Position numbers and translations under genes: made by a program
In this document: in pieces, positions 28,742-38,521 of the stretch
Numbering within the stretch: position 1 is the first letter of the stretch
How the letters are laid out: each line of letters opens with the position of its first letter
The notes under the pieces: model-generated
Told to the model about the DNA's origin: nothing
Database searches by the model: none
The model's input: only the letters and a program-made list of their open reading frames with translations
Assembly: GCA_046290225.1 (NCBI GenBank)
Contig: JBKAGE010000001.1
Location: 96,134 to 160,133 of the forward strand
DNA from: Bradymonadia bacterium
GTDB lineage: Bacteria > Myxococcota_A > Bradymonadia > UBA7976 > UBA1532
Direction: 5' to 3'
Length of the DNA stretch: 64,000 bases

Positions 28742-28813
28742 CATGTGTCCCGTGAGACGTCCCCTGGGACACGGGGTGACTCTCCGGCGCCCCATTCCTC
28801 CAGTAGTATTTCA

Positions 28814-28849
28814 ATTCAACCACTTACGCATTCTGGCATGGTCTCTGAA
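28814..28849 (+). promoter_or_regulatory. Possible IHF site next to a sigma-54-like promoter
   Basis: ATTCAACCACTTA has one mismatch to WATCAANNNNTTR; it is followed by TGGCATGGTCTCTGAA (good -24, non-consensus -12). Confidence 0.3.
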
Positions 28850-28884
28850 AAGGCGTCGAGGCACACCTTCTTCGGAGCACTGCC

Positions 28885-31566
28885 ATGTCGTTTCTTCGCA
28901 CCCTAACTACGCTGAGCGCTGCCTGTCTCGCCCTCGCCGCCTGTGATCCCAACGACGAGCTCGCCGAGCACGGCGCCGACGTCATGAGCCCTTCGGACGG
29001 CACGCCTGTCGATCGACCTCAAGATGCCCCACCTGGGGCCTGTCTCGAAGGTGTGGAGGCGAGGCACTGGCCTGAGACGCTGGGCGATGCGCCAGCAGGT
29101 GCCACGCACATCGCCTGCCTCTCGATCAGAAACGACACAGACGTCGACCGTACAGAGGTCGCCCGCTCCGGGGTGCCACTCCCCGTCACGCTGGGTCTCA
29201 CCGAGACATCACGACTCATTCTCGTGGGACCTGATGGCCAGCGCGTGCCCGCTCAGTTCGAGCCCCTCGCTCGCTGGGGATCTACAGTGGACGACATAGA
29301 GGCCCCACTCCAATGGGTACAGGTCTCAACACCGGTGACACTGCCTGCAGGCGACACGGCGCGTGGCAGCCTCATGATCCTCGATCGGGCAGCAGCCCCT
29401 GACGAGATGGGGATGCAGATGATGACTGACGGGACAGAGATATCCATCGACACAGGCACCGCCCAGTTCACCCTCGACTCTGATGCCCCCGGTCTCTTTC
29501 AGCGGATTTTGACGGGTGAGGTTGAACAGATCTTTGATGCCGAGCGCAGTGGCTTCGAGGTACACCTTGGTGATGGCACGATGCTCTCCCCGAGCAACGC
29601 GGTGATCGAGGGCTTCGAGATCGTCGAGCAAGGCCCGGTGCGGGTTGTGCTCCATCAACGTGGGCATCTCGTCGACCCTGGAGGCGCCACCCGATGTATG
29701 GCCTCGGGCTCGCCTTATGAACGGCTGGCCTTCGATCTGGTGGCCGCATTCCACCGCAGCTCGGGCGACGTCGATCTTCAAGTTCATCTGACGCAGACAT
29801 GTGGTGACGCCTTCTCGGGGCCCTGGACCGACGATGGCTTGCAGGTGGAGTCTGCGCAGTGGCGCCTCGTGGGTTTTGAGGGCGCTCAGCTCTGGGTCGG
29901 GGGCACCGAGCAGGTCAGCGCCGTGGAGGGCGCCTCGGTACAGGTGATTCAACGCAAGGGCAGCGGCGCGCCATGGACCCGCCGCGCCGAGGTGCGTCTC
30001 GATGCCCAGGTGACTGAGCGCGCCGAGGCCTTCGACGCTCCATTTGTGGCTCTCGGCAACGCAGCGGCAGCATGGTCACTGCAAATGCCATGGATGCGCT
30101 TCCGGGAGCCTCAAGGACTGCGTGCGACGGCTGATCCTCGAGGTGGCGCCCTGGCGCTGGAGCTCATCAGCGAGCCTCTGTACGTCGGCGAGGCTCGAGG
30201 CCTGTGGCACACAGCCCGCCTGTCCATGATCGCCCAGCCAGACGAAGGGGCCCTCGAACAGGCTCGACGCCGTGGAGTGGCGGCCCTGGAGCGCGGCCTG
30301 CTCGTCTCCACAGACCTCGATGCCTTCAATACCGCTCAGGTCATGCCACCTCTCGGCCAGAGCGGCTCGGCGATGGATCTCGCCTTCACTGCGCTGATGC
30401 ACACGCTGCACACAGACACGGTGCAGTCTCAGTGGGCCCGCTCTCGGAGCTATGGCAGCCAGCTGTGGCCCGACACGCACGCCGATCCGTGGGTGATCGA
30501 CCAGCCCTCCCCCATGGCCATGACTGCCAACATGAACTACTGGAACCCCACAGGCGCAGAGTTGTTGGAGTTCTGGCGTACGGGGGATCCGCAGTGGGCA
30601 TGGGAGATGGCTCTGCCGGGCAGCTGGCTGCAGATGTACAGCGCCTACTACAACATCGGCGACGAGGGCCACGGCAACCGGAACGGCTTTGCAGTCACCT
30701 CGGGTGGCAGCGGCGAAGGTCAGTGGCATCGCAGCAGCTTCGGGAGCGACGATTACAGTTACAACCAGGGGATGGCCGACGCCTACCTGCTCCGACCCGA
30801 CCCGCTCTTCAGGGCTCGGCTGAGGCAAGCAGGTCTGACCGCGACGACTCGGTACAGCGTGGCTGATGAAGACGCCCGGGAACAGTATGTCAATCATGTA
30901 GACATCACCCGCCAGACCATCCAGCACTATGAAATGCTGATGAACTGCGCCCGCTTTGTCCCTGGCCCTGAAGGTGCCACCTGTCTGCGCCGCTCGGTGG
31001 ACATCATGGCGGAGCTGTACCGCGACAACCTCGCCCTGGGCCTCATGTGTCAGGGCGATCTGCGGCAGGCCGATCGCTGCGACACACCTCAACAGTTCAT
31101 GCAGAACGCCATGATGTACCGCTTCTTCTACACCTGGCTGCTCAGCTTCGAGGCTCACCCGAGTGCACCGGCAGGCCTGCGTGCAGCTCTGGTGGACGTC
31201 GGACGCAATCTGCTTGCGTTCACCACCCCCTCTGAGGACGGGCTCATCGACACAGCTGCTGACTTTGCCGCAGGGCTCAGCTGCACCGTGGCCGAAGACA
31301 CCATCACGACGTGTGTCCCAGCGTTGGACTCCGATGGACTTCTGGCCATGTATCGACCCACACGGCCCCATACGCTGGTGCCCATCGCCATCGCCGGCTG
31401 GCTCGGCGACGACGAAGACCTCACCGGCTCGGCGTGCACAGCCCTCGAAGACGCCGCGCTCTTCGAGGGTTGGGGTGACTTCTTCGTCGAAGGCGCGGGG
31501 TATTGGAAGGGCGCCAACCAGATGATTCAGGGGATGGGCTTTGGCCCCGGAGCCTGCCTGCCCTGA
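28885..31566 (+). CDS. PcRGLX/YetA-like (exo-rhamnogalacturonan lyase-like) lipoprotein
   Basis: Lipobox LAAC; ARSGVPLP..VPAQFEPLARW...LQWV (RIFT-barrel-like); IDTGTAQFTL; EQGPVR; helical C-terminal domain with EFWRTGD. Confidence 0.65.
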   Translation: MSFLRTLTTLSAACLALAACDPNDELAEHGADVMSPSDGTPVDRPQDAPPGACLEGVEARHWPETLGDAPAGATHIACLSIRNDTDVDRTEVARSGVPLPVTLGLTETSRLILVGPDGQRVPAQFEPLARWGSTVDDIEAPLQWVQVSTPVTLPAGDTARGSLMILDRAAAPDEMGMQMMTDGTEISIDTGTAQFTLDSDAPGLFQRILTGEVEQIFDAERSGFEVHLGDGTMLSPSNAVIEGFEIVEQGPVRVVLHQRGHLVDPGGATRCMASGSPYERLAFDLVAAFHRSSGDVDLQVHLTQTCGDAFSGPWTDDGLQVESAQWRLVGFEGAQLWVGGTEQVSAVEGASVQVIQRKGSGAPWTRRAEVRLDAQVTERAEAFDAPFVALGNAAAAWSLQMPWMRFREPQGLRATADPRGGALALELISEPLYVGEARGLWHTARLSMIAQPDEGALEQARRRGVAALERGLLVSTDLDAFNTAQVMPPLGQSGSAMDLAFTALMHTLHTDTVQSQWARSRSYGSQLWPDTHADPWVIDQPSPMAMTANMNYWNPTGAELLEFWRTGDPQWAWEMALPGSWLQMYSAYYNIGDEGHGNRNGFAVTSGGSGEGQWHRSSFGSDDYSYNQGMADAYLLRPDPLFRARLRQAGLTATTRYSVADEDAREQYVNHVDITRQTIQHYEMLMNCARFVPGPEGATCLRRSVDIMAELYRDNLALGLMCQGDLRQADRCDTPQQFMQNAMMYRFFYTWLLSFEAHPSAPAGLRAALVDVGRNLLAFTTPSEDGLIDTAADFAAGLSCTVAEDTITTCVPALDSDGLLAMYRPTRPHTLVPIAIAGWLGDDEDLTGSACTALEDAALFEGWGDFFVEGAGYWKGANQMIQGMGFGPGACLP

Positions 31567-31613
31567 TCTCCCTCTGGCTCCCTTCTCGACGTCGTGGCAT
31601 CATCTACGGGTCA

Positions 31614-31856
31614 ATGAGGGGGCAGTCAGAAACCGTGATCTCCAATCCGCTCGAGGCCACCACGCCCGAGGCACTCTTCGGTGCCGAGGCTTTGGCAGAT
31701 GCCAGGCAGCTCAAACGCGTTTATGCGCGTTTGATTCGCGTACACACGCCTGAGCAGGCCCCTGAGGTGTTCGCACACATTCGCTGTCTCTACGAACAGG
31801 CTCAGTCATCACTCGCCGAAGGCACACCGCGCTGCTACTCTGGCCAGCTCGCGTAG
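31614..31856 (+). pseudogene. Short or truncated J-domain-like ORF (DjlB/DjlC-type N-terminus)
   Basis: LKRVYARLIRVHTPEQAPEVFAHIRCLYE resembles J-domain helices II-III, but HPD is absent; the ORF stops inside the 3' end of the convergent gene. Confidence 0.5.
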
Positions 31857-33244
31857 AGCTGGTCGCGGCTCTCCACGGTCCATCCCGCCACCCCGCCCCA
31901 GCCCACTGAGGCCGCATGCCAGTACGGCATTTCAGGCGTGATGCGTTTTGCCGCTTCGTGCACCAGTACACCATCGGCATAGACCTTCAGAGTGGCCATG
32001 ACGTCTTGCGCCACGCTGCCGAAATCGGCCCCGACCTCATAGAAGCCCATACCCATGTCGCCAGGTTCGGGCTCACGAATCTCGATCCACTCTATCTCTG
32101 ATGGTCTGACCGCATCTCTGGAGACCAGGTTACAATCACCTTCAGGGCCCAGTGGCCCCCAATCCGGGTTCGGCCGCTCCCAACTACACATCCATGGGTG
32201 GCTCGACCAGTTGGGGGCGTCGGGGTGCAGCACGTACAGATTGCCATCGACCAGTGCGCTGTCCGGACCACTGACGACCTCCCAGCTCAGCGCAAAGGCC
32301 AGCCCCTGAGGCGAACGACTGTGAATCTCCAGCTCTCCACCCATCTGCCCCTCGACGCAGCGGGGATCTACCTGGGGTGCTTCTCCAGTCTGTTCGCTGA
32401 TGAGTTCCAGCTGAAGCACATAGAGGCCTGTATCGGACACCAGCATATGCGCCATTGGGGTGCTCAAATTGTCGAACGGCCCCCCAAGTTCAGGGCGCGC
32501 GTCATCGATGAAATTCTCTCTGATTTCGGGGACAGGGCCTGCAGGGAACGCGATGGCGTACCAGACATATGCCAGCCCTTCTTCCGCAGGACCATCAATC
32601 CTGGGATCCAGCACAACGCCACGCCCTGGATACGTCCACATCACCGAAGGCTCTGGATACACCCCGCAAAAGGGCGCCTCAGGTGCCTCACCCACGAGGG
32701 TGACCATCGCGGGATCGAAGCAGTCGCCCTGGAACGTCAGCTCGCCTGCTGCTGGCCCTGCAGTGCTTGTGTAACTCACGCTGAACTGGGCCGTCTGGCC
32801 CGGCGAGATGCCGGGCTGACCATCACCATCAGGATCGAGCAGTACCTCTGGATCATCGCGGGGGTCGAGTCCATCGAGAGTGACATCGAAGTCTGGTGAG
32901 CCCACGAGACTCACATGGGTGATCTCCACCGTCACTGGCCCGTCATTGCGCACGGAGATCTGGTGGTGGCTCACTGAGCCTGTGGGGTTCAAGCCAAAAT
33001 CCCAGTGGCCAGGGGCCGCGGCCAACTGCTCCCGGCCATCACAACCAGGGTTGACTGAACCACCACCCCCAGCACCACCTGCAGGCATACCTTCGTCTGC
33101 CTGAGGCGCCTGCTCCACCTCCGCATCCACCGCCTCACCCGCAGCGGCATCTCCAGAGAGGTCACGTGCTCGATTGTCTGTACGATCGACGCACCCCACC
33201 ATCGACATGCCGAGCATGCTCGCCCACAACAACGCTCTGTCCAT
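31835..33244 (-). CDS. Lipoprotein: Ig-like (ASH/choice-of-anchor D-like) + PKD-like + YfaP-like C-terminal domain (paralog 1)
   Basis: MVGC lipobox; WDFG..V.N; LSW...DGNLYVLHP...PDWG...D.....E.I.I motif. Confidence 0.75.
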   Translation of the reverse strand: MDRALLWASMLGMSMVGCVDRTDNRARDLSGDAAAGEAVDAEVEQAPQADEGMPAGGAGGGGSVNPGCDGREQLAAAPGHWDFGLNPTGSVSHHQISVRNDGPVTVEITHVSLVGSPDFDVTLDGLDPRDDPEVLLDPDGDGQPGISPGQTAQFSVSYTSTAGPAAGELTFQGDCFDPAMVTLVGEAPEAPFCGVYPEPSVMWTYPGRGVVLDPRIDGPAEEGLAYVWYAIAFPAGPVPEIRENFIDDARPELGGPFDNLSTPMAHMLVSDTGLYVLQLELISEQTGEAPQVDPRCVEGQMGGELEIHSRSPQGLAFALSWEVVSGPDSALVDGNLYVLHPDAPNWSSHPWMCSWERPNPDWGPLGPEGDCNLVSRDAVRPSEIEWIEIREPEPGDMGMGFYEVGADFGSVAQDVMATLKVYADGVLVHEAAKRITPEMPYWHAASVGWGGVAGWTVESRDQLYASWPE

Positions 33245-33292
33245 TGCGCCTCCAATCTCTCCTCAGAGAGGACCAGAGGCCGCCGGCAGAGG

Positions 33293-33317
33293 TCATGTGC
33301 AAAATTCGGCACGTGTG
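33293..33317 (-). promoter_or_regulatory. Conserved 25-bp upstream motif, copy 1
   Basis: TCATGTGCAAAATTCGGCACGTGTG, 24/25 identical to 36333-36357 and about 50 bp from the start codon. Confidence 0.6.
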
Positions 33318-33366
33318 ATGAGACAGGCAGAGCGTGGATGACATGAAGGGGCTCGGCAATGCGGTG

Positions 33367-34764
33367 CTACCACCACGGCCCTGCCGGCATGAGGGCATCC
33401 ACCGTGTCGACACGCCAGCCGGTGGCGCCTCCCCGCTGAACCGAAGCTGCGTGCCAGAAACGCTCCGCCCGCGTCATCTGCGTGCGCTGCGTGGAGAGCA
33501 GCTCGCCGTCCTTGTAGATCTTCAGCGTGACCTCCACCGCCTCGGCCTGGCCGGTGTAGCTGATCCCAACTTCGTAGGGATCACCGCCCTCGACGAGATC
33601 GGGCGACACGATCTCGGCCCGCTCGACGAAGTCGTGCACGCGGGCGTCTCCGCTGATGAACCAGCAATCCCCTTCAGGCCCGGGGGCGCCCCAATCTCGA
33701 CGGGTGTTGTGCGGATCGCACGCGAGGAATCCCTCGCGCCAGCCCTGAGCCGTGGGGGGCAGAATGGCCAGATCCACATTCTGGGTCTCTGACTCGTCCT
33801 CAGACTCGACAGTCCAGCTCACCTCGAAGGCGAGCCCGTGTGGAGGTCGCACGTTGATGTCGGCGAAGCCACCGATGCGCGTGAAGTCGCACGCGTCTTC
33901 ATCTGCCTCTACAGGATCTCCATCTGCATCGAGGACTCTGAGGCTCACGCGGTAGCTGCCCTCTTCTTCGACGAGGACCTGCGCTCTTGGCGTGTTGATG
34001 TCGTCAGGCTCGGGCGCTGACGCAACATCACCGACATACTCCACCGGCACGCCCGTCCCAGGCGTCGGAGAGTCAAACCGCAACCATTGGAATTGAAGCC
34101 CGTCGGCCGAGCCGTCGACGGAGACGTCGAGATCGACGATGTCACCGGGGTATGCCCAAATCGCGTTCGACAACGGCGCGGCGATGCACAGCGGACCTTC
34201 ACCATTGCCACGGCCATGGAGCGTGATCGCTGAGTCGAAGCAATCACCGACGAAGCCCAGCTCGAACTGCTCAGGGCCCACACTGTCGGGGGCGTACACG
34301 ACGGTGAAGCTCGCCTCGTCTCCCGGCGCGAGACCCTGAGGGCCCAGGATGATCTCTTCTCCATATGCAACTTGACGCTGTTCGTGAAGCACGGAGAAAG
34401 CGGCCGAACCTTCTGTGACCACGTGCACACTCTCGAGGTAGGTCCCACCCGTGTTCTGTATGTAGATCTCCGCGGTGGAGGTCGACCCCACGGGCACGAT
34501 GCCGAAGTCCCATTGGCCAGGGGCGATGGTCATGCCACATTGCCCATCTGGATCCTCAGGTGGCCGCATGACCTCATCCCGCTCTTCTTCGTCGCGTGCA
34601 TTGTCACCAGCGCCATTGTCACCGGCGCCGTCGTCACCCATCCAACCGCCGCCTCCAGCGCCGTCACCTGACCCGGCCTCATCGCTGCTTGTCTGCGATG
34701 ACGTCTCTACACACCCCGACACGAGACCCCCGAGGGCCAATACACACAACAGATACTTGTTCAT
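33367..34764 (-). CDS. Lipoprotein, same family (paralog 2)
   Basis: VSGC lipobox; WDFG; GLAFEVSW..VDL...RDWG; LKIYKDG..FWHAASV; ATG 34764 with SD. Confidence 0.75.
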   Translation of the reverse strand: MNKYLLCVLALGGLVSGCVETSSQTSSDEAGSGDGAGGGGWMGDDGAGDNGAGDNARDEEERDEVMRPPEDPDGQCGMTIAPGQWDFGIVPVGSTSTAEIYIQNTGGTYLESVHVVTEGSAAFSVLHEQRQVAYGEEIILGPQGLAPGDEASFTVVYAPDSVGPEQFELGFVGDCFDSAITLHGRGNGEGPLCIAAPLSNAIWAYPGDIVDLDVSVDGSADGLQFQWLRFDSPTPGTGVPVEYVGDVASAPEPDDINTPRAQVLVEEEGSYRVSLRVLDADGDPVEADEDACDFTRIGGFADINVRPPHGLAFEVSWTVESEDESETQNVDLAILPPTAQGWREGFLACDPHNTRRDWGAPGPEGDCWFISGDARVHDFVERAEIVSPDLVEGGDPYEVGISYTGQAEAVEVTLKIYKDGELLSTQRTQMTRAERFWHAASVQRGGATGWRVDTVDALMPAGPWW

Positions 34765-34867
34765 GGTCTCTCCCCAAACGTTCAACGACGTGCAGACGCC
34801 CTCGAGAGAGGCATCTTCAACATGATTGAGCTCGGGAAAAGTACGCGGCGGGTGGGTTTGAACTCTG

Positions 34868-36283
34868 CTATTCGGGCCACTCAGCGTAGAGGCGGTCGCG
34901 GTTTTCGATGCTCCACGCGCCTGTACTGCCGCCTACAGAGGCGACATGCCAACGCCTCATCTCAGGTGTCATCAGCTGCATGGCTTCGTACACCAGCACG
35001 CCATCTGCATAGATCTTCAGGGTGGCGAGCGTCTCGGTGAACACGCCGCCGAACTCGACGCCCACCTCGTAGAGCCCTCCCAAGTCGTCCGTCGACTCGG
35101 GCCAGGCGATCTCGGCACGCTCGGTGCCAGCACCACCGACGGCGTCGTCCGAAAGCAACCGGCAGTCATCCTGAGTCTCGCCCGGCTCTCCCCAATCAGG
35201 TCCGGTGTTGTTCACACCACAACGGAGAAGGCCGCGCTGCCAGTTCGGCGCCCTCGGATGCAACACATACAGGTTGCCATCAGCAGAGCTGTCGTCGCCC
35301 TCCACCGCAGGCATCCAGCTCAGCTCGAAGGTCAACCCGAAGGGCGGGCGTACGTCCAGCAGCACCTCGCCACCCAGTCGGCCCTCCGCACATGAGGGGT
35401 CAAGCACAGGGGGCTCCCCTGTCATCGCGTCGAGGACCACGAGGTCGAAGGTGTAGAGGCCCGCGACGGCCGGTGAGAACCACGCGCTCGGTGTATCCAC
35501 GCTGTCAATGGGTCCACCGAGCTCAGGCTGCGCCGGGTCGATGAAGTTGTCCACGATCTCGATGGGCACACGGGCGGGCACCTCGACGATGTTCCATCGG
35601 TAGAGCAGCTCGCCCGCGGGGCCATCGATCCTCGGGGTCAAGTCGATGGCTTCGTTCGGATAAGCCCACACTCGCGACGGATCAGGATACACCCCACAAA
35701 ACGGCTCGCCGGGGACTTCACCTGCGAGCTCGACGGTGACGGGCTCAGCGCAGTCGCTCATGATCGTCAGCTCACCAACATCGGCGCCTGCCGTAGGGGG
35801 TGTGTAAGTCACGCTGATCATCACAGCGCCCCCTGGCGAGATGCCAGGCTGGCCGTCGTTGTCGGGATCGAAGAGCACCTCTGGCTCACGACGGGGATCC
35901 ACACCGTTGACTCTGGGCTCGAAGTCCGCCGAGCCGTTGAGGAGAATATTGCTGATCTGTACAGCCCTCTCGCTCGGGTTGCTCACGGTGATGTCTCTGG
36001 TGCTCGTTTCTCCGCTCATGACCAAGCCGAAGTCCAAGACACCTGAGGGCATGGCGACGAGGCGCTCACTGCCCAGACACCCTGGCTCCACAGGCTCTCC
36101 ACCCCCTGCCCCACCCATCATGGCGGCCCCCTCGTCCGCTTCCAGCATCGGCTCGGGAGTCGCGTCCGATTCGGCGCCCACGGATGCATCTTGCGGCTGC
36201 TCGCCTTCACTGGTGGTCGTACGCTCGACGCAGCCCACCGCCGTAATGCTGAGCATGCTCGCCCACAACAACGCTCTGTTCAT
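34868..36283 (-). CDS. Lipoprotein, same family (paralog 3)
   Basis: MNRALLWASML nearly identical to paralog 1; same domain order; ends RDRLYAEWPE. Confidence 0.75.
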   Translation of the reverse strand: MNRALLWASMLSITAVGCVERTTTSEGEQPQDASVGAESDATPEPMLEADEGAAMMGGAGGGEPVEPGCLGSERLVAMPSGVLDFGLVMSGETSTRDITVSNPSERAVQISNILLNGSADFEPRVNGVDPRREPEVLFDPDNDGQPGISPGGAVMISVTYTPPTAGADVGELTIMSDCAEPVTVELAGEVPGEPFCGVYPDPSRVWAYPNEAIDLTPRIDGPAGELLYRWNIVEVPARVPIEIVDNFIDPAQPELGGPIDSVDTPSAWFSPAVAGLYTFDLVVLDAMTGEPPVLDPSCAEGRLGGEVLLDVRPPFGLTFELSWMPAVEGDDSSADGNLYVLHPRAPNWQRGLLRCGVNNTGPDWGEPGETQDDCRLLSDDAVGGAGTERAEIAWPESTDDLGGLYEVGVEFGGVFTETLATLKIYADGVLVYEAMQLMTPEMRRWHVASVGGSTGAWSIENRDRLYAEWPE

Positions 36284-36332
36284 CTTGCCTCCAAGCTCTG
36301 TCGCAGAGAGGAGCAGAGACCACCATCTGGGA

Positions 36333-36357
36333 TCATGTGCAAAATTCGACACGTGTG
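36333..36357 (-). promoter_or_regulatory. Conserved 25-bp upstream motif, copy 2
   Basis: TCATGTGCAAAATTCGACACGTGTG. Confidence 0.6.
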
Positions 36358-36431
36358 CAGCGCTGAGGGCGACACACGGAGCTGGCAGGTCAGGGGCGTG
36401 AGTACATGTCTGTGTACTCGAGGGGGGGCTC

Positions 36432-36971
36432 TTACTTCTTGAGGCTCTTGCAGAAGGCCAGGGCGCCAGCCTGAATCTCGGCCTTGGGGGCGTTGGTCTC
36501 GCAGCTGTAGGCCTTGCCGCCGATCTCCCGACGGGACTTCACCCAGTAGTTGGTGCCCATGCCGCCCTTGTTCTCGGCGGTGAAGATGTAGCCGTCGGCA
36601 AGCTTCTCGGCCTTGACGTTGGTCACGCCCTGGTAGGTTTCGGAGAAGTCCTTCTGGGCCTCTTCGAGGGTCTTGGGCACCATGTCGTTGGCGACGTCGA
36701 TGCTGGCCACGAGGCCCGGGCCCTTAACCATCATGCCGCCGACGATGCCGTCCTCGGCCTTGCTGCCCGCAGGAGCCGAGCCCTTGAGGTTGTCGAGCTT
36801 GGTGAGGACCACCTCGGCGGCGCCTCCACCCTTCTTCTCGCCGCCCTTGTCAGCGGCAGCGGCCTTGTCGCCACCCGCAGCCTTGTCCCCGCCCTCATCC
36901 TTCTTGCCGCCACAGGCGGTGAGCATGGACAACGCACACACCACGGTGATGGTGTTGAGCACCTTGATCAT
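36432..36971 (-). CDS. Small Lys-rich lipoprotein of unknown function
   Basis: LTAC lipobox; GGDKAA linker; compact domain ending C...FCKSLKK; strongly biased codon use. Confidence 0.75.
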   Translation of the reverse strand: MIKVLNTITVVCALSMLTACGGKKDEGGDKAAGGDKAAAADKGGEKKGGGAAEVVLTKLDNLKGSAPAGSKAEDGIVGGMMVKGPGLVASIDVANDMVPKTLEEAQKDFSETYQGVTNVKAEKLADGYIFTAENKGGMGTNYWVKSRREIGGKAYSCETNAPKAEIQAGALAFCKSLKK

Positions 36972-37062
36972 CTCTTGCCTCTTCTCATGTCGTGTGTGGC
37001 GTACAGTCGCCACGGGCGCGATCTACCTGGACTCGACCGCCCGCGCAATCACCCAGGTGGAT

Positions 37063-38484
37063 TCACTCGGGCTCGATGGCCTTCACGGGTGTGCCCGGCA
37101 GATCAGTGGATCGGTCGGCGGGCACCTGATATCGCGCGAGGATCTCGGGGCCTCGATCAGCGACAACCTTGGGATCGAAGACCAGTGAGGCCCCACGGCT
37201 GGTGGTGAAGGTCACCAAACCCTCGGCGGCCTCTACCAGCTCCACCAGGTGGGCCAGATCGCGAGGCATCACCCCGTTCACCGCCTCCACCGACTCATCG
37301 TAGATGTCTTCGTACCCCACGTTGAGCGGATCGCTGAGTACCTGAGTGAGGGCGACGAGCTGTTGCCGCTCTTCGGTGCGACGGCCGTGATAATACGCGC
37401 TGATGAACGCCTTGGGGCCGCTCTCCCACCACCGGTTCCAGGTGTTGAGGTAACCGTGGCTCAGGGGCTGGAACACCAGCCCGCCATAGATGAACCAGCT
37501 GCGGGGCGATGTGTGAATGCAGCGCGTGATCAAGCTGCTCACGGGCGCCAGCCTGAGAGTGACCGTCTTTCGCTCACCGTCACGGAGGATCTCTGCAGGC
37601 ACTTCGTCGCCGATGAACCGCTGACCAATGGACACCTCGAAGGTGGTCCGGTGCCGCCCCTCGTAGAGCGCGGTCAGGTTGTTGGCCACGGTCATGCCGT
37701 CGAGGCTGAGCAAGACGTCACCAGCCTGCAAGGCGCCCCAGGCACTGCTGCCGTACTGCACCTGCAACACCAGCGCGCCGGACATGCCCTCAGCCATGCC
37801 CTTGCTCTGACGCAGCAGGGGATTCTCCATGGGCTGCACCCAGATGCCCAGGCCGGGGATCTGCGGCGACCGCCCCGCGGCGACCCCGTCGAGGAACTGC
37901 CGGATGATGGGGGCCGGCACCATCTCGCCGATGTTGTCGGCGCGATCGAGCTTCTGGAACGCGATGCCCACCACCTCGTCGCCCTTGAAGACCGGGCCAC
38001 CGGAGTTCCCGGCGTTGATGGCGGCGTCGACGGTGACGGCGAGCAGATGACGCTGAGAGTGGCTGTAGCGCTGCACCTCGATGCGGGAGACCACCCCCTC
38101 GGTGAAGGAGATCTCCTCGCCCCCGATGGGGTAGCCCACCACGGTGACCTTGTCTCTCAGCGCGGGCAGATCGCCGATGACCGCGGGCTTTACCCCGTCG
38201 AGGGCGGGGGCGTGCTCGAGGCGGAGCAGCGCCAGATCACTGTCGTGGCAGATGGCCTCGAGCTCGGCGACGTACCGATCGGGGCCCGAGACGTGTTGCA
38301 CCTGCAAGAAGGTGGCGTGGGCCACCACATGGGCCCCGGTGAGCACACGCCCGGGGGCGATGAGCACCCCGGACCCGGTGCTGCGAGACGGCGCGTGGGC
38401 CCGCCAGGGCTGCGCGAAGTCCGTCTCCTGGCTGGTGGTGAAGATTTTGACGACTTGTGGATATTCAGAGCGGTGTGCAGACAT
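37063..38484 (-). CDS. Deg/HtrA-family trypsin-like serine protease with PDZ domains (Deg2-like)
   Basis: TGAHVV, DLALL, AINAGNSGGP; GYPIGG..S.TEGVVSRIE; C-terminal GGLVFQPLS PDZ. Confidence 0.9.
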   Translation of the reverse strand: MSAHRSEYPQVVKIFTTSQETDFAQPWRAHAPSRSTGSGVLIAPGRVLTGAHVVAHATFLQVQHVSGPDRYVAELEAICHDSDLALLRLEHAPALDGVKPAVIGDLPALRDKVTVVGYPIGGEEISFTEGVVSRIEVQRYSHSQRHLLAVTVDAAINAGNSGGPVFKGDEVVGIAFQKLDRADNIGEMVPAPIIRQFLDGVAAGRSPQIPGLGIWVQPMENPLLRQSKGMAEGMSGALVLQVQYGSSAWGALQAGDVLLSLDGMTVANNLTALYEGRHRTTFEVSIGQRFIGDEVPAEILRDGERKTVTLRLAPVSSLITRCIHTSPRSWFIYGGLVFQPLSHGYLNTWNRWWESGPKAFISAYYHGRRTEERQQLVALTQVLSDPLNVGYEDIYDESVEAVNGVMPRDLAHLVELVEAAEGLVTFTTSRGASLVFDPKVVADRGPEILARYQVPADRSTDLPGTPVKAIEPE

Positions 38485-38521
38485 GGGCGGGGGTTATAGC
38501 ACAGTCGAAGACGCTCCGGGA

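Noticed and set aside
33293..33317. The 25-bp motif read as a sigma-54 promoter
   Set aside because: TTGCA is present on the minus strand, but the -24 position is GT, not GG.
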